Positions 40,766 through 51,700 of a stretch of DNA of 64,000 nt are shown piece by piece (within the stretch, counting starts at the first letter, position 1; each line of letters begins with the position of its first letter). Below the pieces are notes generated by a model. The model ran no database searches. It worked only from the letters and a program-made list of their open reading frames with translations, and was not told the DNA's origin. The stretch comes from an uncultured delta proteobacterium. GTDB lineage: Bacteria; Myxococcota_A; Polyangia; Palsa-1104. The DNA lies in the NCBI GenBank assembly GCA_963785725.1, contig CAWAWS010000033.1, forward strand, positions 128,001 to 192,000. Reading direction: 5' to 3'. A program made the translations under genes and the position numbers.

Positions 40766-42040
40766 CTAAGGCTCGGCTTGCGCGCGCAGGCGACCGTCGA
40801 GCTCGGTCACGGCCGCGTGCACCGCCGGCTTGTCGGCGAGCGACAGCGCCAAGAGCTTCCACGGCGCGCGCTCGTGCGGCAGGAAGAAGGCCTCGCGCGC
40901 CAGCAGCCGCACGCCGTCGCGCCGAACGGCTTCGGGCGCCGACTGCATGAGATCGTAGCCGCAGCCGTAGTCGTTGCCGAAGCCGGTCAGATAGTCGTGC
41001 CACAGCTGCAGCGCGCGCTCGGGCTGGCGACGCGAGGCGACGGCGACACGCACTTGCGCCGCGTAACGCCACAGCTTGTCGCTCGCGCAGGCGGCTTCGA
41101 CGCGCGCCGCCGGCACGGCGAATTCGGCGGCGCTCGCCGGAAAGATCGCGCCCAAGTGCGCGCGCACGAGGTCGAGCCGCAGCGTCGGCGGGCCGAGCTC
41201 GGGCGCGCGCTGCGCAAAGCTATCGCGCGCCATCGCCTGCGCCCGGCGCGCGTCACCGAGCGCCAAGAGCGAGCGGTAGACCAAATACTCGGCCACGTCG
41301 TTGAGCTCGGCGTCGGGCACGTCGCCGCGGCGGATGGCGTCGCCGGGAATCTTGCGCGGCACCTCGGCGTCGAAGAGCGTCTCGCACAGCGGCAGCGCCG
41401 CCGTTCGCTCGCCGAGCGCGCGCGACAGCCAGTCGAGGTAGATCGACGCCAGCGACGGCAAATGCGCCAGCTGTAGGAGGCGCGCGTAGGCCAGCACGCT
41501 GGCGCGCACGTCGGGCTTCGTCAGCAGCGGATCGCCGCGCCGGCCGAGCTCGTCGAGCGCCCCCAAGTGGAAGTCGTAGGCGAAGACCAACAGATCCGCC
41601 GTCGGCCGCTGCGCCAGCGACGGATCGCGCGCCACCGTCGCCAGCAGGGTCGCCGCCGGGTGCGCGTTCAGATCGACGCCGAGCTGCCCGGGCGCCGGGC
41701 GCGCCGGGCCGAGCCGCTTGGCCGCCTGGCGCAGCTCGACGACGAAGGCAGCGTCGGCATCGGGCGCGAACAGCGTCTGCGCCAGCACATCGCCGGCGAC
41801 GAGCGCGCGTTCGAGCGGCCGGTCGGCCAACAGCGGCCACAGCGCGCGGACGAGGCGCGGATCGAGCCCGCGTCGTGGCAGCTGGCCGAGAATGCGCTTC
41901 AGCTGCAGGGCCGGCGGCTCGTCGAAGCGCGCGTCGCGCGGGGTCGCCGCCGGATCGAGCACGACCGGCGGCACGGTCGCCAAGATCGCCGCCGTCGCCG
42001 GCAGTCCGAGCGCGCGCGCTTTGTCGACGATCGTCGTCAT
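40766..42040 (-). CDS. Hypothetical alpha-helical (TPR-like) protein
   Basis: 424-aa Leu/Ala-rich ORF; ATGA overlap with the upstream HATPase gene; 7 nt from the next gene. Confidence 0.75.
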   Translation of the reverse strand: MTTIVDKARALGLPATAAILATVPPVVLDPAATPRDARFDEPPALQLKRILGQLPRRGLDPRLVRALWPLLADRPLERALVAGDVLAQTLFAPDADAAFVVELRQAAKRLGPARPAPGQLGVDLNAHPAATLLATVARDPSLAQRPTADLLVFAYDFHLGALDELGRRGDPLLTKPDVRASVLAYARLLQLAHLPSLASIYLDWLSRALGERTAALPLCETLFDAEVPRKIPGDAIRRGDVPDAELNDVAEYLVYRSLLALGDARRAQAMARDSFAQRAPELGPPTLRLDLVRAHLGAIFPASAAEFAVPAARVEAACASDKLWRYAAQVRVAVASRRQPERALQLWHDYLTGFGNDYGCGYDLMQSAPEAVRRDGVRLLAREAFFLPHERAPWKLLALSLADKPAVHAAVTELDGRLRAQAEP

Positions 42041-42720
42041 GCGGGCGGCAGCTCGACGCGGAAGCAGGAGCCGCGGCCGAGCTCGCTCTTGACCGCCAAG
42101 CGGCCGCCGAGCGCGGCGACGGTGTCGCGGACGATGGCCAAGCCGACGCCGGCGCCGGCGCCGCGCTTCGTCGAATAGAGCGGCTCGAAGATGCGCTGCA
42201 CTTGGTCGGCGGGGATGCCGCTGCCGCTGTCCTCGATCTCGATGCGCGCCCAGCCGTCATCGCCGTGGCCGATGCGGATGGCGAGGCGATTGTGGTCGCG
42301 ATCGCCGCGCGGACCGGGCGACATCGATTGCGCGCCGTTGAGCAGCAGGCTGACCAAGAGCTGGCCCAGCTGCCGCTCCGTCGCCAACACCAGCGGTGCG
42401 GGCGCGAACGCGCGCACGAGCCGGGCATGCCGCGCGATCTCGCTCGCCGTGACGTCGAGGACGCGATCGGCCACGGTCGCGACGTCGAGCGGCGCCGGCG
42501 CACGCGCGTCATCGCCGCCGAAGAGCGCGAGGTAGCGCGCGAAGCCGGCGATGCGGGCGGTGTCCTCGGGCAAGAGCGGCTCCAGCGCGCCGGCGCGGCC
42601 TTGCGCCGCCGCGTGCGCGCGCAGCCGTTCGAGCAGCGACGGCAGCGTCGCCGCCATCGCCGTCAGGTTCGCGGCCACGAAGCCCACGCGATCGCGCGCC
42701 GCGCCGTCGTCGTCAGCCAC
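42037..42720 (-). CDS. Stand-alone histidine-kinase-type HATPase_c protein lacking an H-box
   Basis: LLLNGAQ (N box), IEDSGSGI (G1), IFEPLYSTK (F), GAGVGL (G2); likely GTG start 42720; appears fused to the giant ORF only through indels near 42820-42842. Confidence 0.75.
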   Translation of the reverse strand: MADDDGAARDRVGFVAANLTAMAATLPSLLERLRAHAAAQGRAGALEPLLPEDTARIAGFARYLALFGGDDARAPAPLDVATVADRVLDVTASEIARHARLVRAFAPAPLVLATERQLGQLLVSLLLNGAQSMSPGPRGDRDHNRLAIRIGHGDDGWARIEIEDSGSGIPADQVQRIFEPLYSTKRGAGAGVGLAIVRDTVAALGGRLAVKSELGRGSCFRVELPPA

Positions 42721-42758
42721 GGGCCGTCGTCCGCAGCCCAGCGTCGCCGGACGTGTCG

Positions 42759-45700
42759 TTAGGCCGGCTTCTTGCCATTCGCGCCCGTGCCGCCGGCCGG
42801 AGCCGCCGCGCCGCCACCGCCGCGCCGCCGCCCGCCGGCGCATCCCGCCGCCGCCGCCCGCGCCGGCACCGCCGCCCGCCGGCGCATTCCCGCCGCCGAG
42901 ACCGCCCGCCATCGCCAGCTCCAGCGGATCAGGCGGCGCCAGGAACTTCGCCGTGAACCCCTCGTCGAGGAAGATGTTCCAGTTCGCCGCCTGTTGCATG
43001 ATCGGCGCGATCGTATCGGGCACGCGCTCGGCATCCTCCAGCGGCGGCTGAGTCGGCGGATTGAAGTTGGCGTTCCCGGCGTGCAGCGGCCCGTCGCCGC
43101 CGCCCATCGTCACCCAAATCGAGCCCAACGCCGACCCGATGGCGTTCGCGTCCAGCCGCGGCTGCGTCATCCGCAGGACGTTGATCTGCGCGATCCCGCT
43201 GAAGCCGACCATCTTCGTCGCCCGGCGAATCTGATCGACGACCGGCTGCGCCTGCGCCTTCCACATCGCGAACAGCTCTTCCGGCTTCTTCCCCGGATTC
43301 GCCTTTTGCAGCTTCTGCAGCTCCGCGATCTTCTTCGCCGAGACCTGCGAGCGATTCTCGACCGGCGACGCGAACGGAATGGCGTCGAGCTTGAGCACGC
43401 CCTCTTGCACCGAATCCCAGCCGAGAATTTTCGAGAAGCTGAACTTCGCGGCCGCTTCGTCCCACTTCATCATCTTGGGTGCCGGTCCAGCCGCGCCTTT
43501 TGCCGGCGGCGCGCCGTTCGCGGCGGCCGCACCGTTCGCCGGTGCCGCCGCGCCACCCGGTGCTGCCGCGCCACTCGCGCCCGCGTGACTGGCGCCGGCT
43601 CCGCCGGCCGCGCCCGCTCCGCCGGCGCCCGCGCCGCCGCCGCCCGCATTTCCCGCGACTGCCGGATTCGCCGCGCCGGCACCCGCGCCGCCGCCCGCGC
43701 CCGCATGGGCGGCCGCGCCGTTTGCGCCCGCGCCGCCCGCCGCATTCGCACCGGCACCGCCGCCGGCCGCACCCGCAGCAGTCGCGCCGCCGCCCGCTGG
43801 ATTCGCCGCGCCCGCGCCACCGCCTGCCGCGCTTGCCGGACCCGCGCCGCCGGCATTCGCCGCGCCGGCGCCGCCCGCATTCGCTGCGCCCGCGCCGCCC
43901 GCATTCGCCGCGCCGGCGCCGCCCGCCGCGTTCGCCGCGCCGGCACCGCCGCCGCCCGCCGCATCCGCGCCGGCCGCGCCCGCACCGCCGGCCGCGCCCG
44001 CGCCGTCGGCCGCCGGCTTGCCATCGGCCCCCGCTTTGCCATCCGCGAGCGGCTTGCCGTCGGGCCCGACTTTGCCGTCCGCGCCCGGCTTGCCGCTCTT
44101 GGCCTGCACCTGCGTGATGACCGTCGTCATCTGCACGAGCCCCGGCGCGCCCGCATTGAACGCCGCTGCCATCGCCATCCAGAACGCCGGCGCCGGCACG
44201 ACACCGGCATCGATCGTCGTCAGCTTCGCCTGCACCTGCGCCGCCGGACCCAAGCGATCGAGCGCCACGCGCAACGTCTTCGCCATGTCCGCCGCCACCG
44301 CGATCGCCGCCAGCTTCGAATTGATGAACGCCGACTTCTCGGTGTCCGCCATCTTCTCGACTTCGGCGATCAAATACTGCCCCGCCTTCGAGCCCTTGTT
44401 GTTCTCCTTGAACTTGGCGAACAGCTCGAGCGCCTTGATCTGCTCGTCGGACAGCGAATAGCCGGGATCGAAGCCCGCCGCCGGCTTGTACTCCTTGCCG
44501 ACGTACAAGTTGCCCGCATACAGCTTGCCCGCGTAGTCCTTCGCCGGCGGCAGCGTGTCCTCGGGCTTGGCCGCGTCGTGCAGCTTCTGATACTCCTGCA
44601 CGACGTCGCCCCAGACCTTCGCTTCGAAGTTGTAGAACTTCTTCTGCGCCAGCTTCTCCTTGAACGACGCGAACGTCTCGCCTTCGCGCTTCTGCTTGAC
44701 GAAGTTCGAGTAGGCGATGCGCGCCTGATCCGCCGTGCCGGCCGCGAAATCGCCCGGCGGCGGCATCAGGTGACGCTGATGCGCGTCCTTAGCGGCGGTG
44801 TCGAGCTTCTTGGTCGCGGCCTCGGCGCCATGCGTCTTCTGATCGATCTTGGCCTTGTATTCGTGCTCGTTCTTGGCGAGCTGCTCCTTCTCTTTGTCCT
44901 CGTCCGTCTTGCCCTTGTCGGCGACCGCCTGCACCGTCGGATTGAGCGGACCCGCGGAGACTTCGTCCTTCTTCGCGCCGGCGTTCTTGTCCTTGGCGCC
45001 GCCTGCCGCCGGGGCACCGCCTGCCGCACCCGCCGCGCTCGCGCCACCCGCGGCGCCGCCGGCCGCAGCCGCGCCGCCCGCAGCCGCGCCGCCGGCCGCA
45101 GCTGGTCCCGCAGCCGCCGGCGCCGGCGCCCCCGCACCCGCTGCACCGCCGGCGCCCGCTTTGCCGCCGGCCGCGCCACCAAACGTCGCCTTGCGCGCGT
45201 CGAGCGACTTCGCCTGCGAGATGATTCCGGCCGGACCGGCAGCGACGGCCGGACCGGGCGCGCCGACGGAGCTGCCACCGCCACCGCCCTTGCCGCCGCC
45301 GCCACCGCCGTCGCCTTTGGGCATCGACCCGCCGCCGCCGCCGCCCTGCTGCGTGCCGCGATTGCTGGCCGAGCCCGGCTCGGGGCTCGGCGGCGACGCG
45401 CCCGTCGGTGGCGCGGCGTTGCCGGCGGCCGGCGGCGCCGCCGGCTGCGCCTTGGGAATCGCGCCCGCCGCCGTCGCCGACACGCCCGGATCGGACGGCA
45501 ACGCCGGCAGCGTCACCGCCGGCAACACCAACAGCGGCGGCGGCAGCGGCACCGGCGGCGGCACCGGAATCGGCGCCGGCTTCGCCAGCACGGGCGGCAT
45601 CGGCGGCTCCGGCGGCGGCGGCGGCACCGGCGCCTTCTCCTGCTCCGTCGGCTTCTCGGTCGCGCCCTCTTTTTGCGCCTGCTTCTCGGCCTCGGCGACG

Positions 45701-48700
45701 TGCTTCTGCGCCTTGGCGCCCTCTTCTTGGTGATGCTTGACCTTGTGCTCGTGCTCAGCCTTCTGCTGATGCACTTTCTTCTCGTGCTCTTGCTCGGCTT
45801 TGGCGTAGTCGGCCTGCTGCTTGGCGACGTGGCGAACGTGCTCCTCGTCCTGCGCCTTCTGCTTCCGCTGCACCTCGGCCAGATCGGCCTGGTACTTGGC
45901 CGTGATGAGCGCCTGCACCTCTTCCCGCTCGGCGACGACGTTGACGCCCGTGTCGGGGTTGATGCCCATGTGCGCGATCTGCGCGCGGCGCCACTCGAGC
46001 ACGAGACGACCGGCGCGCGCCGGATCGCTCTTGGACGCGATCGCCACCGCCTTGGCCAGCTTCTCCGTCGGTGACGTGCAGGCGTCGGCGGGATCGATCT
46101 GCTCGGCGTTGTCGGCGTGCTCGCGATAGAAGTCCCACGCCTTGCCGGGAATGCCGAACATGGCGTTGAAGTCGACGGGCGCCGCCGTCATGCCGTTTTC
46201 CCAGCCCGGCGGCAGCTCCGCGAACTGCCCCGCGGCCGCCTTCATGCGCTGCAACACGGGCGCGATCTTTTCCTTCGCCTCTTTGTTGCCCTGATCGTCG
46301 GAGGTCTTGCTGGCGCCGTCTTTGACGCCGTTCTGCATCTTGGTGAGGCCGTCGTCGCGCAGCGACAGGCCGTTGACGAACTTGGTGCCGCCGGGACCGC
46401 CGAGCTGCAGGTCGATGGGCTGGAACGGCTGGAACGAGCCCAAGTCGATGTGCGCGAAGTTCACCGACGCCAACGTGTACTTCTTGTCGATGATCGTGAA
46501 CCAGCAGATCTCGGCGTGCATCGTCGCGATCAAGTTGGCGATGAGATCGAGCGACGCGGCGACGAACGGGTTGATCTGGATCTTCGCGCCTTCGCCCTGG
46601 CGATAGGTGCCGGTGATGCCGGCGCCCAAGTCGAGGTTGAGGCGCGCCACGATCTCGGCGCCGATGCCGACCGACGCCGACGCGATGAGCAGCTGGATCT
46701 CGCCGACGATCTGCACCGAGAACGAGAGCGCGAGATAGGAGCCCATCGAGATCTGGCCGCCGAAGCTGATCGGCGGCAGGCCGCCCGAGTCGAGCGCGTC
46801 GAGCCCGCCTTCGAGCTTCGGGTTCTCCAGCTTCACCTTCGGCATGCGATAGCCGGCGGCGACGCCGAAGCCGAGGCGCAACGCCAAGCTCGCCACGCCG
46901 ACGGTCGCCAGCGGAATGTCGATGTCGTTGTGCAGCGCGGCCAGCTGGTGATCGCTGTCGTCGGCGTGCTTGTCGGTCGGCGTGATGCCGCCGATCTGCA
47001 GGCCGTCTTTCTGCGAATACTTGACGGCGACGACGAGCTCCGTCGACTCGTCGGGCGTGAGCGTGATCGAGCCCTCGAAGACGAAGCCCGCGCCGTAGCC
47101 GATCTTGACGGTGGCGGTCTTGATGTACTGGTTGTTCTTCGGGTTGAGCGTGGCGCCGACTTCGATGCCGTTGCCGTCGAGCTGGCCGATGACCTCGGCC
47201 TTGTCGAAGCCGGGCACGGTGACGGGAAACTTGATCCTCGCGTAGAGCCCGGTGCCGGACGCGTAGCCGGCTTCGAACGTGCCTTTGCCGTCCTTTTGGA
47301 ACGGCGAGGCGAACTGCGTCGTCAGCTTGGCGCTCAAGCCGGCGCCGGGCGCGTACGAGACGACGATCGTCGGATCTTCGAGCGCGAGGAACTCGGGCGG
47401 AACGAGGTGCAGCTCGCCGCTGGCCTGCGTCAGCTTCCAGTTGGCGATGGCGACTTTGATGCTGCCCGACTTGATGAAGCTCGACAGCGGTGAGCCGGCG
47501 ACGGGCACGACCTTGAGCTCGGCCGACGTCGACAGGCCGAGGCCGTCGCCGGCGGTGACGACCGCTTTGCCCTCGACGTCGACGCCGGGGAAGGCCGCTT
47601 TGACGTTCAGCTCGCCCGACGAGAACTTGTTCTGCACGACCGAGATGCTGCCGTCGGCGACGACATCGCCGATCTTGACGTGCTGCACGGCCAAGGTCGC
47701 GTCGATGCCCTTGCCGTTGTGATAATTGCCGACGAACGTCGCCTGGCAGTCGCTGATGCCGGCGATGGGGATGCCGTTGATGACGGCGTTGACGCCGAAG
47801 TCGAGGTCGGTCTTCTCGCCGCCGCCGATGCCGATGCTGAACTTGGCGGTGACGCTCGAGAAGGAGACGTAGTTCTTCATCCCCTGCGCGAGCTTGGTGG
47901 CGTCGACGACGCCGTTGAGCTTGAAGCTCGCCGGCTCGCCACCGCCGGCGGCGGCGTCGACGGTCATGTCGACCTGCGCCAACCCGGCCACGTCGGCCGA
48001 CGCGCCGCCGTCGACGGTGAACTTCTTGGTCGCGCTCGTCCAGCTGGCGTTGATGGCGCTCTTGCCGACGTCGAACTTGACCGCGCCCATCGTCGGCGGC
48101 GGCTTGAGCGTGCCTTTGATGCTGATGGCTTTGTTGGCGTACTCGAACGCCAAAATCGAGCCGGGGCCGAGCTCTTTGACGACCGGCGACATGTCGATCG
48201 AGGTCTTGATGGTGACGTCGCCCTTGGCGTACTCGATCTCGGCGACCTGGAACGCGTCCGAGACCTTGCCGAGGCCTTTGAGCTTGGTGACCTTGCCCTT
48301 GACGTCGATGGCGTTGTTCGTGACCTTGATGGTGGCTTCGGCGTCGAGGTGCTCCGAGTAAGCCGCGGCCAAGTTGAGCTTGATGCCGTCGCCGGTCGTG
48401 CTGAGCTTGCTGTCGGCGAGCGTGAGCCCGATCTTGGTCGCATCGAAGATGGCGAACGCTTTGGCGTCGACGTTGGCGCTGCCGGTGAGCTTCTTGGCCG
48501 CGTAGTTGAAGTCGAAGGTGCCTTCGCCGACGTTGTCGACGGTCATCTTGCCGGCGATGGCCGCGTGCATGCCGGCGCCGGCGTCGAAGCCGACCGAGCT
48601 GCCGTCGTTGACGGTCAGGTGCGCCGGACCCATGTCGACGGGGACGCTCGACAACAGCTTGCCGTTGACGCCGGTGTTGTTGGCGGTGACGGCGACTTTG

Positions 48701-51700
48701 AGACCCTTCAACGCCGGCGCGGTCATCTCCGCGTCGACGGCGACGTTGAAGGCGCCGGTGCGAATGTTGACGTCGGCGCTCTTGATCGTGCCGTTGACGG
48801 CCTCGGGCACGACGAAGCCGCCGTCGCCCAAGCTGACGGCGCCCGTCTTCCACACGGCGCTGCCGTGCTTGGTCTGGAAGTATTCCGAGGCGGTGATGGC
48901 GACGTCGGTGACTTCAGCGTCGAAGTCGTTGTCGTTGCCGATATGCACTTGGAACTTGCCCGACAGCATCTTCTTGCTGCCCGACGTCCACGTGACCGAG
49001 CCGGTGGCGGTGGTGCCCAAGGTGAACTTGCCGCCGGCGTAGTTGACCTGCATCGGGGCGTGGAAGCCGTCGACTTTGACGCCGGGCAAGCCGCTCGTGA
49101 GCTTGTTGACGGCGGCGTCGGCGTTGATGGTCGCGTTGAACGTGGCTTGGTCTTTGTTGCCGCCGATCTTGGTGATGGCGACGTCGGCCAACGCGGCGAC
49201 GCCGAACTTGATGGTGCCGACGCTCTTGAAGTCGCCGCCGTTGCTCGAGCCCGCCGACGCCTGGACCTTGCCGAGGATGAGGTTGTTCGTCATCGGCGCG
49301 AGCTCGAACTCGCCGTCGGCCGACCAGTCGAGCACGCCTTGGTTCCAGCCGACGCTGGCTTTGGCGCTCGAGCCGCCGCCCGCGCCGTGCGCCTGCAAGT
49401 GGCCGTTGAGGATCTTGTTGGGCAGCAGGTCGATCGTGCCGCCGTCGAGCGTGACGCTGACGCCGCCGGCTTTGATCGTCGTGTCCTTGGCCGCGGTCAG
49501 CGTGCCGGTGATCTCTTTGCCGCTGACCTTCGCTTTGAGCTGCGAGAAGACGACCTGGCCGCTGATGGGCGCGACGCTGACGGCGACCTGCGTGGCGTCG
49601 AACGTGAACGCGTTGGCGCCGGCGGTGCGGTCGTAGACGACGTGCATGTCGCCGCTCAGCTGGCTGACGACCGAGGCGAGCGGAATGTGCGTGTCGGCCT
49701 TGATGTCGATGGGCTTGCCGGCGCCGGCCGCGATGACGGTGACGGCGATGTCGGGCAGCCCGCCGAGCTTGACGATGCCGCTGGCGCTGCCGATGAGCCC
49801 GGCGGTCTTCTCCATCGTGAGCTGCGACGCGCTGTCGATGGCGATGTCGACGCCGCCGACGCTGATCGTCTTGCCGCCGTGAATCGTCGCGCCGTAGCCG
49901 GTCGAATCGAGGTGCGCCTCGTCGATGGTCAGCCCTTGCAGCGGCCCGGCGAGCGCGACGTCCTTGGCCGTGGCGCTGATGCCTTTGGCGTTGTCGTAGC
50001 CGAGGTCGAGCGACGCGCCGCCGGCGACGATGCCGTCGAGCGCCTTGAACTTGACCGTCGTCTTGGCGTCCCAATTGCCGGCGACGTACTTGAACGAGAA
50101 CGGCGTCTCTTCGGTGAACGCCGACTCGGTGACGGTGCCGGCGACGTTGGCGCCGGTGACCTTGCCGCCGTCGATGATCGGCGTGGCCTTGGCCTTGACC
50201 GTCCCGCCCAGCACATCGACGGTCACCTGTCCGTCGGTCAACGAGAGCTGCTTCTGCGCGTTCATCTTCAGCGTCAACGAGCCGTTGATGGTCGCGCCCG
50301 GCACCGTCAGCGAAATGCCGTTCTCGGGCACCGTCAAGGTCGCGCCGAGGCCGCCCTCTTGGTCCTCGAGCGTGATCGTGCCGGTGAAGATGCTGCCGAC
50401 GGTGATCTTGGCCTCGCCCGTCGCCGAAAAGTGCGGCTTGCCGCCGGTGACGCTGACCGCGAGCTGCATTCCGCCCATGACGGTGGCGCCGTCGGGCAAC
50501 AGGCGCTGCAGCGCGCCGGCGTCGAGCGGCGCCGAAGCCGTGACCGCCTCGCCGATCTTGTTGACGGTGATGCCGCTCGGGAAGACGCTGGCGAGCGGCC
50601 CCGACGCGAAGTTGGCGTTCTTGCAGCTGAGCGAATTGCCGCCGCCTTCGTTCGAGGCCGTCAGCTGGCCGGTCATCGCGCCGCCGGTCAACCCGGCCAG
50701 GTCGACGGCGACGGTGCCTTCGACCTTCAAGGCGCCGCTGCTGTCGTAGCTGACGTGGCCGGTGGCGCTGGCGGCGCCGCCCGCGCCCATCTGCACTTCG
50801 ACCGAGCCGGTGATCTGCGGCGCGCCCGCGCCCTTTTCGAAGTGCAGCTGGCCGTTGTTGATCTGGCCGGTGATGGGACCGACGGTGACGGGGCCGCTGG
50901 CGAACTGAAGGTCGCCCGACAGCGTGCCGTTGGCGTAGGTGACGTTGGGGACGCTGACGTACTGCGCGATGCGCGGGTCGGATGCCTTGATGTCCGTCGC
51001 GTGCACGCTCAACGGCGACGCGGCGCCGCTCGTGTAACCGACTTTCAAGTTGCCGGCCAGCTGCGGCACGAGCGCGTGCACGTCGACGTCGACCTCCGCC
51101 TGCGTCGACAGCTGCCCGTTGGCGTACTGCAGGCCGAGCGACACCGGCGCGCCCGGAAACGCCGTGATCTTGAGCGACGCCGAGCCCTTGAGCTGCGACA
51201 GATCGTAGGTGCCGCCGGCGCCGGGGATGGTCAGGCTGACTTGATCGAGCGAGCCTACCGACGCCAACCCTGCCGGCGCGATGTTCGAGCCGGTGATCGT
51301 GATGTCGCCGAGCGCGGTGCCCAAGTTGCGCACGTCGGTGGCGCCGACGGCGACGGACGCGTTGAGCTGGCTCAGCTGACCGAGCGTGCCGCCCAAGTCG
51401 AGGCTGATCGGCCCGCCGGCGGTGCTCGCCGAGACCTGCCAGCCGGGCTTCACGTCGATGTTGATGTCGGGCAGCGTGACGCGCGGGACGGCGAACTTGA
51501 CGCCGATCGATCCGGTGAGCGAGCCGCCCGGATCCATCGCCAAGTTCTGCCAGGTGCCGGTGACGAGGCCGCCGAGCAAGCTGACGGTGACGTTGCCGCT
51601 GACGCCGAACGTGTTGGCGCCGAACGCGTCCTTGACCGAGACGGTGAGTCCGGAAACCGAGATGCCGGGGACGCCGGCGTTGGCGATGGTGATCGAGCCG

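Noticed and set aside
43480..45620. Collagen- or silk-like structural protein
   Set aside because: Imperfect Gly/Ala and Pro-rich linkers inside the giant ORF without sustained Gly-X-Y periodicity.
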